This document shows positions 1 to 10,025 of a stretch of 64,000 bases of DNA, one piece after another. The stretch is from a virus. The stretch spans positions 34,938 to 98,937 of the IMG/VR virus record IMGVR_UViG_3300020048_000062; one strand, 5' to 3'. Under the pieces are notes generated by a model. That model did not search any database. It was given only the letters and a program-made list of their open reading frames with translations, and was not told the origin of the DNA. The number at the start of each line of letters is the position of its first letter. Positions within the stretch are counted from its first letter, which is position 1. Both the position numbers and the translations under genes were made by a program.

Positions 1-208
1 CAAGTTCTTCCACTAGCTTTTCATGTTGCTCTTTCGTTTGTATTCCTAAGTCATCACCATAGTCCCTAAATATGTCCATGACAAAGACAATAAACTCTTT
101 TTCTTTGTCGGAAAAATACGTACTCTTTTTAATCAAGAAGTATAGTGCCAGAGAAAGAAAAAGGATTATTAATGCTAACAATAATATTGATATGTATAAT
201 ATTATCAT
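1..208 (-). CDS. Membrane-anchored hypothetical protein, truncated at the window edge
   Basis: Translated by hand from the ATG at 208: MIILYISILLLALIILFLSLALYFLIKK..., a hydrophobic N-terminal helix; frame stays open to position 1. Confidence 0.6.
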   Translation of the reverse strand, partial: MIILYISILLLALIILFLSLALYFLIKKSTYFSDKEKEFIVFVMDIFRDYGDDLGIQTKEQHEKLVEEL

Positions 209-217
209 TCAAATTAG

Positions 218-607
218 TTAATGTGAATTTTTTTTCTCTCTAACAAGACAGATATGTGCTTCACCGATAACTTTAGTCCAAGGAAATTTAGTACCATTTT
301 CACGGTAGTCGTTCATGTACTCGGTTATTTTCTGGTAGAAACGCTCTTCCTGTGATTGACCTTCCCAAACTATTCCTCTGTTTTTCCAAGTATCACCCCA
401 ACGCTTTTGGTCTTCAATTAGTTGAACTTCTACATCTATAAATGTGAAATCCAATTCGTCAATTAAGTTGACGTTCTTTAGTCTTTCGTTCATTCTATCT
501 TCTTTATTAATTTCGGAAAACCATGTAGCACATACACACCCTTGCTTATCACGTAAACAAACTGGACAATAACCGCCCATAGGTGTGTATATGGTAAACT
601 CTCCCAT
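218..607 (-). CDS. Hypothetical protein
   Basis: 129-aa ORF packed in the minus-strand operon; N-terminal CxxC...CxC; true start may be the internal Met. Confidence 0.6.
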   Translation of the reverse strand: MGEFTIYTPMGGYCPVCLRDKQGCVCATWFSEINKEDRMNERLKNVNLIDELDFTFIDVEVQLIEDQKRWGDTWKNRGIVWEGQSQEERFYQKITEYMNDYRENGTKFPWTKVIGEAHICLVREKKNSH

Positions 608-633
608 AATATTATGTGTATTTGTAATTAGAA

Positions 634-1719
634 TTATTTCTTAAGTCCAGTAAATAATTCCGCTTTAATTGCTGGATGCGATATATAATTCTTTAATTCA
701 AAATCATTTATTGTTAACTCAAGAATATCAGCCAGTGAATCAATATCCTTCTTTATTAGTAAATTCGGTAACTTATATGGTACTCTATTTACTTGTTCAC
801 TAACCATTGGTATATGATTCAGATATAAATGAGTATCTCCACCAACCCATGTAGCTACTCCTGAAATCATATTAGACGCTTTTGCAAATAACATCAATAA
901 AAGTGACATAGATGCTAAATTAAATGGACAACCAAGTAGTGTATCTACGCTTCTTTGATACATGTTTAAATCGAGATAAAATTTAGGAATATTTGCATTA
1001 TCCAAATCTCTCACTATTTCATCCTTAGTATATTCAAATGGAAGTCTATGACCAATTAATTTATAAAGTAGTGTTTCTCTTTCTTCAAAAGATAATGGTC
1101 TAACAATAAATTGATACAATAAATGACATGGTGGAAGTGCCATTTCACTAAAATCCGCTTTATTCCAACCATCAATTATATGATAACGACTATATGGATT
1201 ATTTTTTAATCCATCAAGCACTTCTTTAACTTGGTCTACACCATTTTGATTACGCCATTGATATCCGTAAACCTTACCCAAATCACCAACGGTATATACA
1301 CCCCAATTATCAGTTCTATCATAATGCCATTCAAATTCTGGTTCATAAGCAGGATTGTTATCTTGTTTAACTTGGCTGATAAAATCATCAATAGTTTCTA
1401 ATTTTCCTATACCATCAATCGTATTACCAATTTCATTCCACCATTTTAAATACCATCGATATGCATCGCCATTCCAAATATTAACATTATTATCAACAAG
1501 ATATTTAATATTAGTATTTCCCGACAAAAACCACAGCAATTCGTGTATGATTCCTTTCCAATACATTTTTTTTGTTGTGAGTAGTGGAAAGCCATCACTT
1601 AAATCCATTTTAATTGTACTGTGTGACACTCCAATGGTATTAGGCATGTTTGCCCTACCACTTTCTTTTTCTACGCCACAATCAACGATATGATGTAACA
1701 AGTCTAAATATTGTTTCAT
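634..1719 (-). CDS. thyA: Thymidylate synthase
   Basis: FPLLTTKK, ELLWFL, YGYQWR, MALPPCH (catalytic Cys), YQRSVD..LG.PFN, GDTHLY. Confidence 0.97.
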   Translation of the reverse strand: MKQYLDLLHHIVDCGVEKESGRANMPNTIGVSHSTIKMDLSDGFPLLTTKKMYWKGIIHELLWFLSGNTNIKYLVDNNVNIWNGDAYRWYLKWWNEIGNTIDGIGKLETIDDFISQVKQDNNPAYEPEFEWHYDRTDNWGVYTVGDLGKVYGYQWRNQNGVDQVKEVLDGLKNNPYSRYHIIDGWNKADFSEMALPPCHLLYQFIVRPLSFEERETLLYKLIGHRLPFEYTKDEIVRDLDNANIPKFYLDLNMYQRSVDTLLGCPFNLASMSLLLMLFAKASNMISGVATWVGGDTHLYLNHIPMVSEQVNRVPYKLPNLLIKKDIDSLADILELTINDFELKNYISHPAIKAELFTGLKK

Positions 1720-1721
1720 AA

Positions 1722-1931
1722 TTACGCTGGTTTTACGGTTGTTTTCTTCTTAGGATTGGTAAGTACTTCAATCTCACGATTGATACGACTAATATCGGCA
1801 GGTGTTAGCGGTATTAGGTTTGACGATGTTTTTCCATCGATTTTTTCTGGCTTCGTGCCACGTTTGAGTTGTTCTTCGAGCATTGTCTTAGCATTTGCTC
1901 TTCTTAATCTAATTCCAGTTGTACCCTTCAT
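1722..1931 (-). CDS. Small basic hypothetical protein
   Basis: 69-aa ORF 2 nt upstream of thyA on the same strand. Confidence 0.6.
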   Translation of the reverse strand: MKGTTGIRLRRANAKTMLEEQLKRGTKPEKIDGKTSSNLIPLTPADISRINREIEVLTNPKKKTTVKPA

Positions 1932-1963
1932 AATCTGATTTGTTTTTAATTGTTAATTGTTAT

Positions 1964-3028
1964 TTAAAATAATTTTATTTCATTCTTAATTCTAAATGGA
2001 CGAAGATATTGCTCGATAAACATGTCGCCATATTTCGAATCATTCAGACTACCATATTTACATTTTGTGCCGTAATAGCTACCTGCAATATGTTCGGTGG
2101 CATAATTTGGCTTTCCTAAACTTCCACGTTTAAATGTTGCAGTATGATATTTTTGGACTAAATCCCAAAGATTTAATTCTTCATACATTTCATTGAGTAT
2201 TGGGTGAAGAAAACTAATACAAACCTCTTTTTGCAATATCTCAAGACTATGCATTTGTTCAAATAATTTCATTGAGGCATCAAGACATTCATAATAGTTA
2301 GCAATCTTATACTTGTTCTTAACGCCAGAAATAAATACATTATTCGGGTATTCCGAATCCAATGTATCAATCAAATCTTTCCACTTGCGATAAGACTCAA
2401 GTTTTTGTTTAACCACAGGATGATTTACGAGATAATCATATTTTTCTCTTAAATATTTATTGGGATATCCTGCAACCGAAAGTATTTTAGGGTCAAAAGT
2501 CTCGCTAAAAATTAGAAATTGATATGGGTCGTTATTATTTCTTAATATTGATATTAAATCATCAAGTTTTTCCCATGCAGCCTCAGTTGCTAAATTAGGT
2601 ATAAAATCACAATGCTCAATCATGAAATCATTGTACTTTAAATTAATTTCATTAATATCTTCATTGGTTAATTCACTACCTTTCTTATCGTGGAACTGAT
2701 AATTCATGCTTTTGATAAATTCTTTATAGATTTCACTTCCCTCAATATAATCAGCCTTTGGCACACCACCTTTTGATAATAGATTATTTAAAATCGTAAT
2801 CAGTTTCATGGTCTTACTTACGACTTCACCATTTCTATAATCAGTAACAATCTCTGACATATGTTTTGACATTGGTGGGTCTGGTACTAATTTTAATTTC
2901 TCCAACAAGTCCATAATGACACGTGGTTCGTTATCAATTAATATTGGTTCGCCACCTGTAGTATTTTCAGAGAGGATGTTTTCATCGTTCAATTCCTCTG
3001 GTGAAGATATGTTTTCTTGGTCTTCCAT
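1964..3028 (-). CDS. Hypothetical protein
   Basis: 354-aa ORF in operon; no motif recognised. Confidence 0.75.
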   Translation of the reverse strand: MEDQENISSPEELNDENILSENTTGGEPILIDNEPRVIMDLLEKLKLVPDPPMSKHMSEIVTDYRNGEVVSKTMKLITILNNLLSKGGVPKADYIEGSEIYKEFIKSMNYQFHDKKGSELTNEDINEINLKYNDFMIEHCDFIPNLATEAAWEKLDDLISILRNNNDPYQFLIFSETFDPKILSVAGYPNKYLREKYDYLVNHPVVKQKLESYRKWKDLIDTLDSEYPNNVFISGVKNKYKIANYYECLDASMKLFEQMHSLEILQKEVCISFLHPILNEMYEELNLWDLVQKYHTATFKRGSLGKPNYATEHIAGSYYGTKCKYGSLNDSKYGDMFIEQYLRPFRIKNEIKLF

Positions 3029-3033
3029 TTCAA

Positions 3034-3411
3034 TTAGTTTAATTGTAATCTATTGTAATGTTTTTTAATTGCCTTCTCACAAAATTCACGCTCAAACTCA
3101 GCCTCAACATTAATTTCGCTATTATGAAATTTCCTATTGGTAATTATGTAATCATCGAATTGAATGTATGCTTCACCAAGTATTTCATTCAACTCAGAAT
3201 CACTAACATCAATTACTGTTGTAATTGTCATTGCAATAATCGGCAGAATTGTACCACAATTCAGTACGTCATCAACACCTGTCGATAATATCGACTCAAT
3301 CCACACGAGTGTGTAATTTAATGCATTAACAACTGCTCCAACCCTATGTACTGGAACATGTTCAAGCAAACCATAGTTTGCCCATTCTTCTACTGTGTAA
3401 CTTGTTTTCAT
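3034..3411 (-). CDS. Small protein resembling fragments of a T4-like major capsid protein (paralogue of 21597..22001)
   Basis: EEWANYGLLE ... ILPII ... INVEAEF pattern shared with 21597..22001. Confidence 0.5.
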   Translation of the reverse strand: MKTSYTVEEWANYGLLEHVPVHRVGAVVNALNYTLVWIESILSTGVDDVLNCGTILPIIAMTITTVIDVSDSELNEILGEAYIQFDDYIITNRKFHNSEINVEAEFEREFCEKAIKKHYNRLQLN

Positions 3412-3725
3412 TATGTATTGTATTCTTGATTTCTGTATCGTTGATCTAAAAATATTGGTGAATCATCATGAAGTGTTCTCGGTGATTGTACACCAAAAAT
3501 TATAACATATTTCATTCCCAACACATCCAAATCATTCAATATTGTTTTTTTAGTATTTTCAATACTCCAAATTGTACCATCATCGTGTATACCACGCATC
3601 GTAATTAAAATTATATCATGACCTGCATCATATAATTTTAATAGGGTTTCTTTAGCACCTTTAAGCCATTCACTTGTGTGATAATCAACAAGTGTTCCAT
3701 CAATATCGAAAATATGTGCTGCCAT
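3411..3725 (-). CDS. Small HAD-superfamily phosphatase
   Basis: FDIDGTL motif I, LITMR motif II, C-terminal DD. Confidence 0.8.
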   Translation of the reverse strand: MAAHIFDIDGTLVDYHTSEWLKGAKETLLKLYDAGHDIILITMRGIHDDGTIWSIENTKKTILNDLDVLGMKYVIIFGVQSPRTLHDDSPIFLDQRYRNQEYNT

Positions 3726-4162
3726 TATGCCTTTCCTGTGTGTCCGAATCCACCTTCGCCTCTATCGGTTTCTGATAGTTCTGGTGCTTCAATTAATGTT
3801 ATGTCTGGTAAGTTTAAAAATACCATTTGTCCAATACGGTCACCAACCTGAAATCTTGCTGCACCACCTGAATACACACCATGCATAGTATCGTGAAATA
3901 CAAATATAATTTCACCACGGTAAGTAGCATCAATTATTCCAACTGAATTCTTTAACATTAATTGTTTGTTAATAACAGAACTTCTTGGGAATGCCATTCC
4001 AACCATACCAACAGGTATTTCAAGCGCAATTCCAGTATGGTATTTAATATTGTTAGGTGTTTCTTCAATAGATGTGCAAAAAAAGTCCCAACCAGCGTCT
4101 GGTGTGTACTTTTTAAAGGGTGCTTGTGCTTCTGGTATTAGTTTTTTAAATTTCAGTTCCAT
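3725..4162 (-). CDS. dut: Trimeric dUTPase
   Basis: DAGWD, PRSS, GIIDATYRGEI, GDRIGQ, RGEGGFGHTG (motifs I-V). Confidence 0.97.
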   Translation of the reverse strand: MELKFKKLIPEAQAPFKKYTPDAGWDFFCTSIEETPNNIKYHTGIALEIPVGMVGMAFPRSSVINKQLMLKNSVGIIDATYRGEIIFVFHDTMHGVYSGGAARFQVGDRIGQMVFLNLPDITLIEAPELSETDRGEGGFGHTGKA

Positions 4163-4164
4163 TT

Positions 4165-4488
4165 TTATATTTGTTTAAATTGATTTAATATTTTTTCAAT
4201 GTCTTCTGGATTTTCGGTCTCAGCTAACTTCATTGTTTCATTTACATATTCCAATGCCATAGTATTCTGCATGAGTTCCAATTGTGCGATTTGATTTAAT
4301 GCGAATCTTGCTTGTGACCCATAATCATCAAATGCTATTTGTGAAGGATTGCTAATCTTGTCTTGATAGTTCCAACTATTTCCATAAAATATTAATGCTT
4401 GTTTTGCAAGTGTTAATAAGCTAATATATTGTTCTTCAATACCGTTATTCATCTTCTTCGTCTTTAATTGTTTTTCTACTTTCAACAA
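4165..4488 (-). CDS. Hypothetical protein
   Basis: ORF between the KTSC gene and dut; true start probably the Met at about 4452 overlapping the KTSC stop. Confidence 0.6.
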   Translation of the reverse strand: MLKVEKQLKTKKMNNGIEEQYISLLTLAKQALIFYGNSWNYQDKISNPSQIAFDDYGSQARFALNQIAQLELMQNTMALEYVNETMKLAETENPEDIEKILNQFKQI

Positions 4489-4789
4489 TTTCCTTCAACT
4501 CTTTAACTTCATTAGGATAAAGTGTAAATTCTTTACGGGCAATGTGATTAGGTTTATTGTTTATTCTTTTGTGAAAGAATACTCCCTGTGATTCAGCATC
4601 TTCAAACTCTGCATACATTTCAGGACTTACATTACTATAGGAGTAAGTATGTCCACGGCTGAATGCAATGTATAATCGTCTTGCTTTAGGGAAATATGTT
4701 GACTTTAGTACGTTGTCTGATTTGAAAATGGATTCAACATAGCCTACGCTGCCATCAGTATCTTCGAATTTTTTCTGTTCTACTAACAT
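4445..4789 (-). CDS. KTSC-domain protein
   Basis: SDNV..STY....LYIAF..GHTYSYSNV...Y.EF..AESQGVFF...I matches the KTSC pattern. Confidence 0.8.
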   Translation of the reverse strand: MLVEQKKFEDTDGSVGYVESIFKSDNVLKSTYFPKARRLYIAFSRGHTYSYSNVSPEMYAEFEDAESQGVFFHKRINNKPNHIARKEFTLYPNEVKELKEIVESRKTIKDEEDE

Positions 4790-4806
4790 GTTAATATATT
4801 ATTGTG

Positions 4807-4837
4807 CAAATGTATGCAATTAATAATTAAAATCAAA
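4807..4837 (-). promoter_or_regulatory. Bacteroidota-type housekeeping sigma promoter
   Basis: Minus strand TTTG-N19-TACATTTG upstream of the KTSC-dut-thyA operon. Confidence 0.75.
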
Positions 4838-4839
4838 GA

Positions 4840-4847
4840 GTATTTAT
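4840..4847 (+). promoter_or_regulatory. GTATTTAT putative phage late promoter
   Basis: Recurring motif, 18 nt upstream of the ATG at 4866. Confidence 0.65.
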
Positions 4848-4865
4848 ATAAAAGCGTAAATTAAT

Positions 4866-5630
4866 ATGTCATTACCAAAAAAAGCCAAAGTAACCCTAGA
4901 TACCAATCCACCAAAAGTAGGTAATGAATACCTTAAATATGGCATGGATAGAATTGAAACACTCATGCAGGCAACTGATACTAAGACTAAATATCTTCCA
5001 AGAACAATTTTACTCGAAGACTTAGACCAAGGACTTTTCGATTATGTCAGTAAAGAAGGTATGAAAGCCGTTATAGATAATAAGGAAGTTCCTACTTTCT
5101 ATCTTGATAATGACCGTTGGGGGGAATTTTCAAAGACTTGGAAATTCAGTGATAATGATAAGAATGTTCCTACACCTTATGTTACTGTTAGACGTATTGA
5201 TAAACAGGCTGGTACAAGACTTGGTACGAAGTATAGAGTTCCACAGGCACGTAAATTCAGATACATGAATGTTCCCATTCTCGATGAAGGTCAGGAAATA
5301 TTCCTACAATTCAGAATGCCAGAGCCAACTAATGTTGATATGATTTATGAAGTTGCATTGTTTACCAAATACAGAGTAGATGTAAACCAATACGATGAAC
5401 AGGTTTTAAAAAACTTTGCATCACGTCAGGATTATATCACAATTAAAGGTAATCCACTTCCACTATTATTTGAAGGCTTTGCTGAATCAAATCCAATTGA
5501 GAATATTGATGGTGATAGATTCTTCGTTAGTAAATATGCTTTAAAAATCTTGGGATTCATTCAAGATGAAAAGGAATTTGAAATTGTTAAAACACTAAGA
5601 AAGACAAGAATTGGTTTAACTGTTATGTAA
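4866..5630 (+). CDS. Putative tail completion/terminator protein (T4 gp15-like)
   Basis: 254 aa, structural context; ERW-like and P.v.v.R features; function inferred. Confidence 0.45.
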   Translation: MSLPKKAKVTLDTNPPKVGNEYLKYGMDRIETLMQATDTKTKYLPRTILLEDLDQGLFDYVSKEGMKAVIDNKEVPTFYLDNDRWGEFSKTWKFSDNDKNVPTPYVTVRRIDKQAGTRLGTKYRVPQARKFRYMNVPILDEGQEIFLQFRMPEPTNVDMIYEVALFTKYRVDVNQYDEQVLKNFASRQDYITIKGNPLPLLFEGFAESNPIENIDGDRFFVSKYALKILGFIQDEKEFEIVKTLRKTRIGLTVM

Positions 5631-6411
5631 CAGTATTACCGCTTGGAATAATATACGTATTCGTTTTATAACTATAAGTGCTACCTGTTGGGTATTGCTG
5701 CTTAATCTTATTATACTTCGTATAGGTATTGTTGACTCTATCGCTATAAGCAGTACTCGTGGTTAGGGTTCTTGCATCAACCTTATAATCAACAAGATTT
5801 AAGAACTTCCACGTTCTGTTAACTACATTTAATTCAACTTTAAAATACATCTTTTCTGGTGTGAGAAATGCAGCATTCACTTGATTATAGAATATTGAAG
5901 TCTCACCAGATTTAGCATTGTAGAAACTTAATTTAACGTATCCAATTACAGTTGTTCCACTTTGAGCGTCAATGTATGATTGAGGAACGTACCAGTAATA
6001 TAATTGATTAACTGTGTTTGGGTATAAGCTATATTCTGGAAATGCATTGACTTTAGTAAGATAGGTATTAAAAATCTTTACCTGTGTGTTTGGGTCATAT
6101 GAATCATAATAATCGAGAACGAAAAAACTGTTACGAATGTTAGATGTTTGACCACTAATTTCACTTACAGTGAATCCAGCACCAAGAAATGACACTACGT
6201 TATTAAACATAAATGAAAATATTGTATGTCCAAACATCTTGAATTTTCTTCTTTCCACATCAACAACAGGATTAACTAAATCAAGCATAGTCGTCTGAGT
6301 TAAGTTATCAATTTCTTGCTGATATCCAATGAAACTATCATTTGAACCTAAATTAAATTTCAAGTTCATGTCTAATCCATTCTTTAATATTTGTTCTCTT
6401 ATTATTGGCAT
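5623..6411 (-). CDS. Putative virion structural protein
   Basis: 262 aa, S/T/N/Y rich, in a late-motif operon; five [ST]GxT motifs. Confidence 0.6.
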   Translation of the reverse strand: MPIIREQILKNGLDMNLKFNLGSNDSFIGYQQEIDNLTQTTMLDLVNPVVDVERRKFKMFGHTIFSFMFNNVVSFLGAGFTVSEISGQTSNIRNSFFVLDYYDSYDPNTQVKIFNTYLTKVNAFPEYSLYPNTVNQLYYWYVPQSYIDAQSGTTVIGYVKLSFYNAKSGETSIFYNQVNAAFLTPEKMYFKVELNVVNRTWKFLNLVDYKVDARTLTTSTAYSDRVNNTYTKYNKIKQQYPTGSTYSYKTNTYIIPSGNTVT

Positions 6412-7589
6412 GGCTGTCCCATCTTATTTATGTCGCCTGTTGGCGTAACGTTTAATTTATATGAATTTCTTGCATACCAAACCTGTTCAAATGCTGTTAA
6501 TGTTTCTGTATCATCTAAATCTGGCTGTACGTCAAGTACAATCGATGTGAAAAGATATCTTCTCTTATTTACAAACGGGTGGTCAGTCCCAATACCACTT
6601 AAAGGGTCTTTGTATCCTTCTGACATAATATATCTCCAAACATAATTACCAGCAGTGTCGGCAGATGTTGCATAGTAAGGTATTGATTGAACATCAGCAT
6701 ATGATGTTCCACTAATATTAGCATTATACACGCTATCTGTTAAGTATCTAAGTCTTAGTGGAATAAATGGGTTGTATTTCCAGATAAGTCTATTAGTTCC
6801 ACCGCTATATGGCGTAGTTATGTAGAATTGTTCTGGCTGTAATTGTACTTGAAGATAATCTAACTTAGAATAATCAATTATGTCGCCAAACTTTTGTCCG
6901 TTCAATGACATGACGGTATCACCACTAATGAACGATTTTGTTAATATGTTTGGCGTGGTAACGCCACCAGTGTTATCCCATTGTTTTGCTGCCAATAGCT
7001 CGACTGGTGAAAGTGCTGGCTTGTATTGAGCATATAAAAAAAGTTCCGTTACAGGGAATCCAAATTGGTCTTGAAAACTACTTACATCGATATCTACATT
7101 AAAGTCATACGTATATCCTTGTTCCCCAAACACATTATTTGAAAAACCAACTGGAAATAAATCAAATTGATTAGGTGTGGCAATTATTGTAAAGAATCTA
7201 TTATAGGTGATAGTACTATTGTTGGTGCTGCTACCAGTTATTATGTGAGTATATCCACTAATAGAAGGTCTTACCAAATAAAAATCAAATGAATTTAATA
7301 TGTTCTTACTACTGCCAGTATATTCAGGTAGAAAGAAGTCTTGAAACTTATTGTAGCCATTTTTTAATCCGTTAAGTATGGACATGAACTCAATTCGACC
7401 ATAGATTCTGTAAATCTGATTCGCTTCACGTTCAGCATCAAACACTTCTGTAACACTAAGCACATTCCTAATGTCATACTCGTTGATTTCAACGGCATTG
7501 TTAGTTAGCTGAATAGTATTAAATGCATCGACATTAATTGAAGCAACGTTTTGGTATTGGTGTAATAATATTTCTAATTGTTCGTCCAT
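6402..7589 (-). CDS. Putative virion structural (baseplate-region) protein
   Basis: 395 aa, beta-rich composition, GTATTTAT at 7595-7602 on the minus strand. Confidence 0.6.
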   Translation of the reverse strand: MDEQLEILLHQYQNVASINVDAFNTIQLTNNAVEINEYDIRNVLSVTEVFDAEREANQIYRIYGRIEFMSILNGLKNGYNKFQDFFLPEYTGSSKNILNSFDFYLVRPSISGYTHIITGSSTNNSTITYNRFFTIIATPNQFDLFPVGFSNNVFGEQGYTYDFNVDIDVSSFQDQFGFPVTELFLYAQYKPALSPVELLAAKQWDNTGGVTTPNILTKSFISGDTVMSLNGQKFGDIIDYSKLDYLQVQLQPEQFYITTPYSGGTNRLIWKYNPFIPLRLRYLTDSVYNANISGTSYADVQSIPYYATSADTAGNYVWRYIMSEGYKDPLSGIGTDHPFVNKRRYLFTSIVLDVQPDLDDTETLTAFEQVWYARNSYKLNVTPTGDINKMGQPCQ

Positions 7590-7609
7590 ATGTTATAAAT
7601 ACCAAATTT

Positions 7610-9727
7610 TTAGTTAATTAATCCTAATTCATATAAATATTGAATACAGTCGGCACTACCAAAACCCTTATAAAAATAAGTATTAGTATCGGGTGCACCA
7701 TTAATATCTCCATTTACTTTACCGCCATTAAGAGGACATGCGGTAATCCATTGTCCATCTGGGATATATACACCATTACGATATTTTCCAATCAAAGTAC
7801 TTGTAGTTGGTTCAACAAATCCTTTTGGTTTATCTGCAATCAATTTGATGTCAGTGACAGGTACTTCAATAATATCAGTCCAGTGTAAGTCTGAACGTCC
7901 AAACCATTTTGTACCACTAACGAATGATGCAATTGGTTGAAAATTATCTTTCAAAAACCAGTTATTATTAGCACCAGAACCTTCATCGTCTGCCCTACGC
8001 TGCCTTGAAAAGTAATCTGCTGTACGAACATATCCAATGAATGCATATCCATTATCAACATATGCAAGTTGTGGTAAATGTATACTTAAATTAAGCCAAT
8101 TTGCGCCAAATATTTTATCCACACCAACCACACTATTATATGGAAACATATAATTCTCATTCGGATATTCAATATCATTAATATTACTTGAAAAAATGAC
8201 ACCAACATTTGAAAATTGATTACTTGTCGGTATGTGATTAATTTGGTCTTTATCGAAGAATCCATCTATAGTATTTTGTTCATCGTCAGGATAATGGGTA
8301 TTTTCAGTTAGTCCATGAAATCTCGAAAAACTGTAGAACTTACCCGCTTCGAATTTATGATGTTCTTTTCTCCATGCAATAGTATCTGCATTTGCTGTTG
8401 CATCATAGTTTGGTTCATCAAAACTATGATCTCTTTCAGCATGTTGAGGAAATTTAAATCTAACCCTATATGGTGTAAGTGATGTGTTGTCACCAATATC
8501 ACCACTAGCTGTTATTGGCATATCATTTAATGTTATTTCAAGTGTTACAAATCCCCTAAATCCACTAAAAACACCCTCAGTTGAATCATCGCTAATATAT
8601 TTCTTATTTCCGTTTTCATCTGTTGTAATTCTATTTCGATTACAATTTATAATAAACACAAAATCACCGTCTCTCTTATGTACAGTATATTCACTAGCAT
8701 CCAACACAAGCATATCACTACCATCTGTAGCAACTAAATTATTATCAATTTCATAATCACTAATTGACGTTGGATAATAATAAATTGTTTCTGTAACTTT
8801 TCCAATTCTTTTTGTTGAGATACTTACCGTTGCTTCGGCTGGGTCGTTACCGTGATATAATTCATTAATTGCTCTAAAATTATGACTTTCACCGCCCCAC
8901 ATTCTATCCACTCCATCTGTAAACACACTACCAAAGATTGTAAATGTATTTACAAGCGTTGCCCTTATTCTAAAATCTTGACGAGTAATTCCAATCTCGA
9001 AATTAGTGGTATCGCCCCAAAATGGAATAACGTCAACAGTAATTTCTTGTGTCTCAATGTTTGGTAAGTCACCCAAATCCTGACTTGCTTTAATCATTGT
9101 ATTATTATTTGTGAATAAATTTGGTGAATATCCTAAATTAACAACCATTGAAGCTGGATTCATACTATATTCACCAATATCAGTAATATCAACACTCATA
9201 TGGACAGTTTGTGTACCTGTTGGCACGCCAAATATCATATAATCACCAGCATTATTTGTCAATGCAGTATATTTATAATATTTTTTATACACATCCATTA
9301 TTAATGCATTTGTAACCACTTCTTCCTTAATTGGAAAAGAACCAAATGCTTGTTTTGGTGACCACTGACCTGTCTTTGAATCAATCTTTGAAACACGTGG
9401 TAATAGATTATATCTTTTACCTTCATTATTCTTATCTCTTGGTGTTACATAGGGATAGATGCTTGTTATCTGACCCATAGCAGCATCTTCATCTGTAAGT
9501 GGTATAAAGATACTAATCTTGGCATTTGGAATGCCTACCCCGCCATTTGCAGTGACTCTACCTACCAATACACCGTAGTCTGAATTGAAGTCTTGATACA
9601 CATCTTCGGTACTGAGTTGCATTGACATAAATTCAATTGTATCAACATCTTGTTCAAGTCTTACTTTCATGTAAATATCTGAACCAGTGTTGCCAGTATC
9701 AAAGTATATTCTTTGGGATTTATTCAT
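7610..9727 (-). CDS. Putative baseplate protein with N-terminal Ig/prealbumin-like domain
   Basis: 705 aa; GVLVGRV...GIPNAKISIF and TN.AGDYMIFGVP.G; GTATTTAT at 9742-9749 (minus). Confidence 0.55.
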   Translation of the reverse strand: MNKSQRIYFDTGNTGSDIYMKVRLEQDVDTIEFMSMQLSTEDVYQDFNSDYGVLVGRVTANGGVGIPNAKISIFIPLTDEDAAMGQITSIYPYVTPRDKNNEGKRYNLLPRVSKIDSKTGQWSPKQAFGSFPIKEEVVTNALIMDVYKKYYKYTALTNNAGDYMIFGVPTGTQTVHMSVDITDIGEYSMNPASMVVNLGYSPNLFTNNNTMIKASQDLGDLPNIETQEITVDVIPFWGDTTNFEIGITRQDFRIRATLVNTFTIFGSVFTDGVDRMWGGESHNFRAINELYHGNDPAEATVSISTKRIGKVTETIYYYPTSISDYEIDNNLVATDGSDMLVLDASEYTVHKRDGDFVFIINCNRNRITTDENGNKKYISDDSTEGVFSGFRGFVTLEITLNDMPITASGDIGDNTSLTPYRVRFKFPQHAERDHSFDEPNYDATANADTIAWRKEHHKFEAGKFYSFSRFHGLTENTHYPDDEQNTIDGFFDKDQINHIPTSNQFSNVGVIFSSNINDIEYPNENYMFPYNSVVGVDKIFGANWLNLSIHLPQLAYVDNGYAFIGYVRTADYFSRQRRADDEGSGANNNWFLKDNFQPIASFVSGTKWFGRSDLHWTDIIEVPVTDIKLIADKPKGFVEPTTSTLIGKYRNGVYIPDGQWITACPLNGGKVNGDINGAPDTNTYFYKGFGSADCIQYLYELGLIN

Positions 9728-9966
9728 ATAATTTCTTTTTTATAAATACTAAATAGATGAAAACCTTACCAATAGAAATTATTTTCAATTATTTTCATTT
9801 TTTTTTAAAAATAATTTCAGGAAAAAAAGAGTAAATTTAAAGACAAAAAATCGAAAAAAAAGAAAATCGGATAACAAAAAATTAAAATAACTGAAAATCT
9901 GCATTTATTATCGAAATTCACACTCCCATAATAATCAAAGTAAAAGGTGTTTTGCGATTATTTTCA

Positions 9967-9974
9967 GTATTTAT
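9967..9974 (+). promoter_or_regulatory. GTATTTAT putative late promoter of the sheath gene
   Basis: Motif in a divergent intergenic region; the partner copy at 9742-9749 faces the other way. Confidence 0.65.
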
Positions 9975-10025
9975 TGTAGAAAGAGAGTTTAAAATAATAA
10001 TAAAAACGATAAATAATTAAAAAAC

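Noticed and set aside
9884-9975. Imperfect inverted repeat overlapping the sheath promoter
   Set aside because: Short, AT-rich and mismatched, so it could be chance
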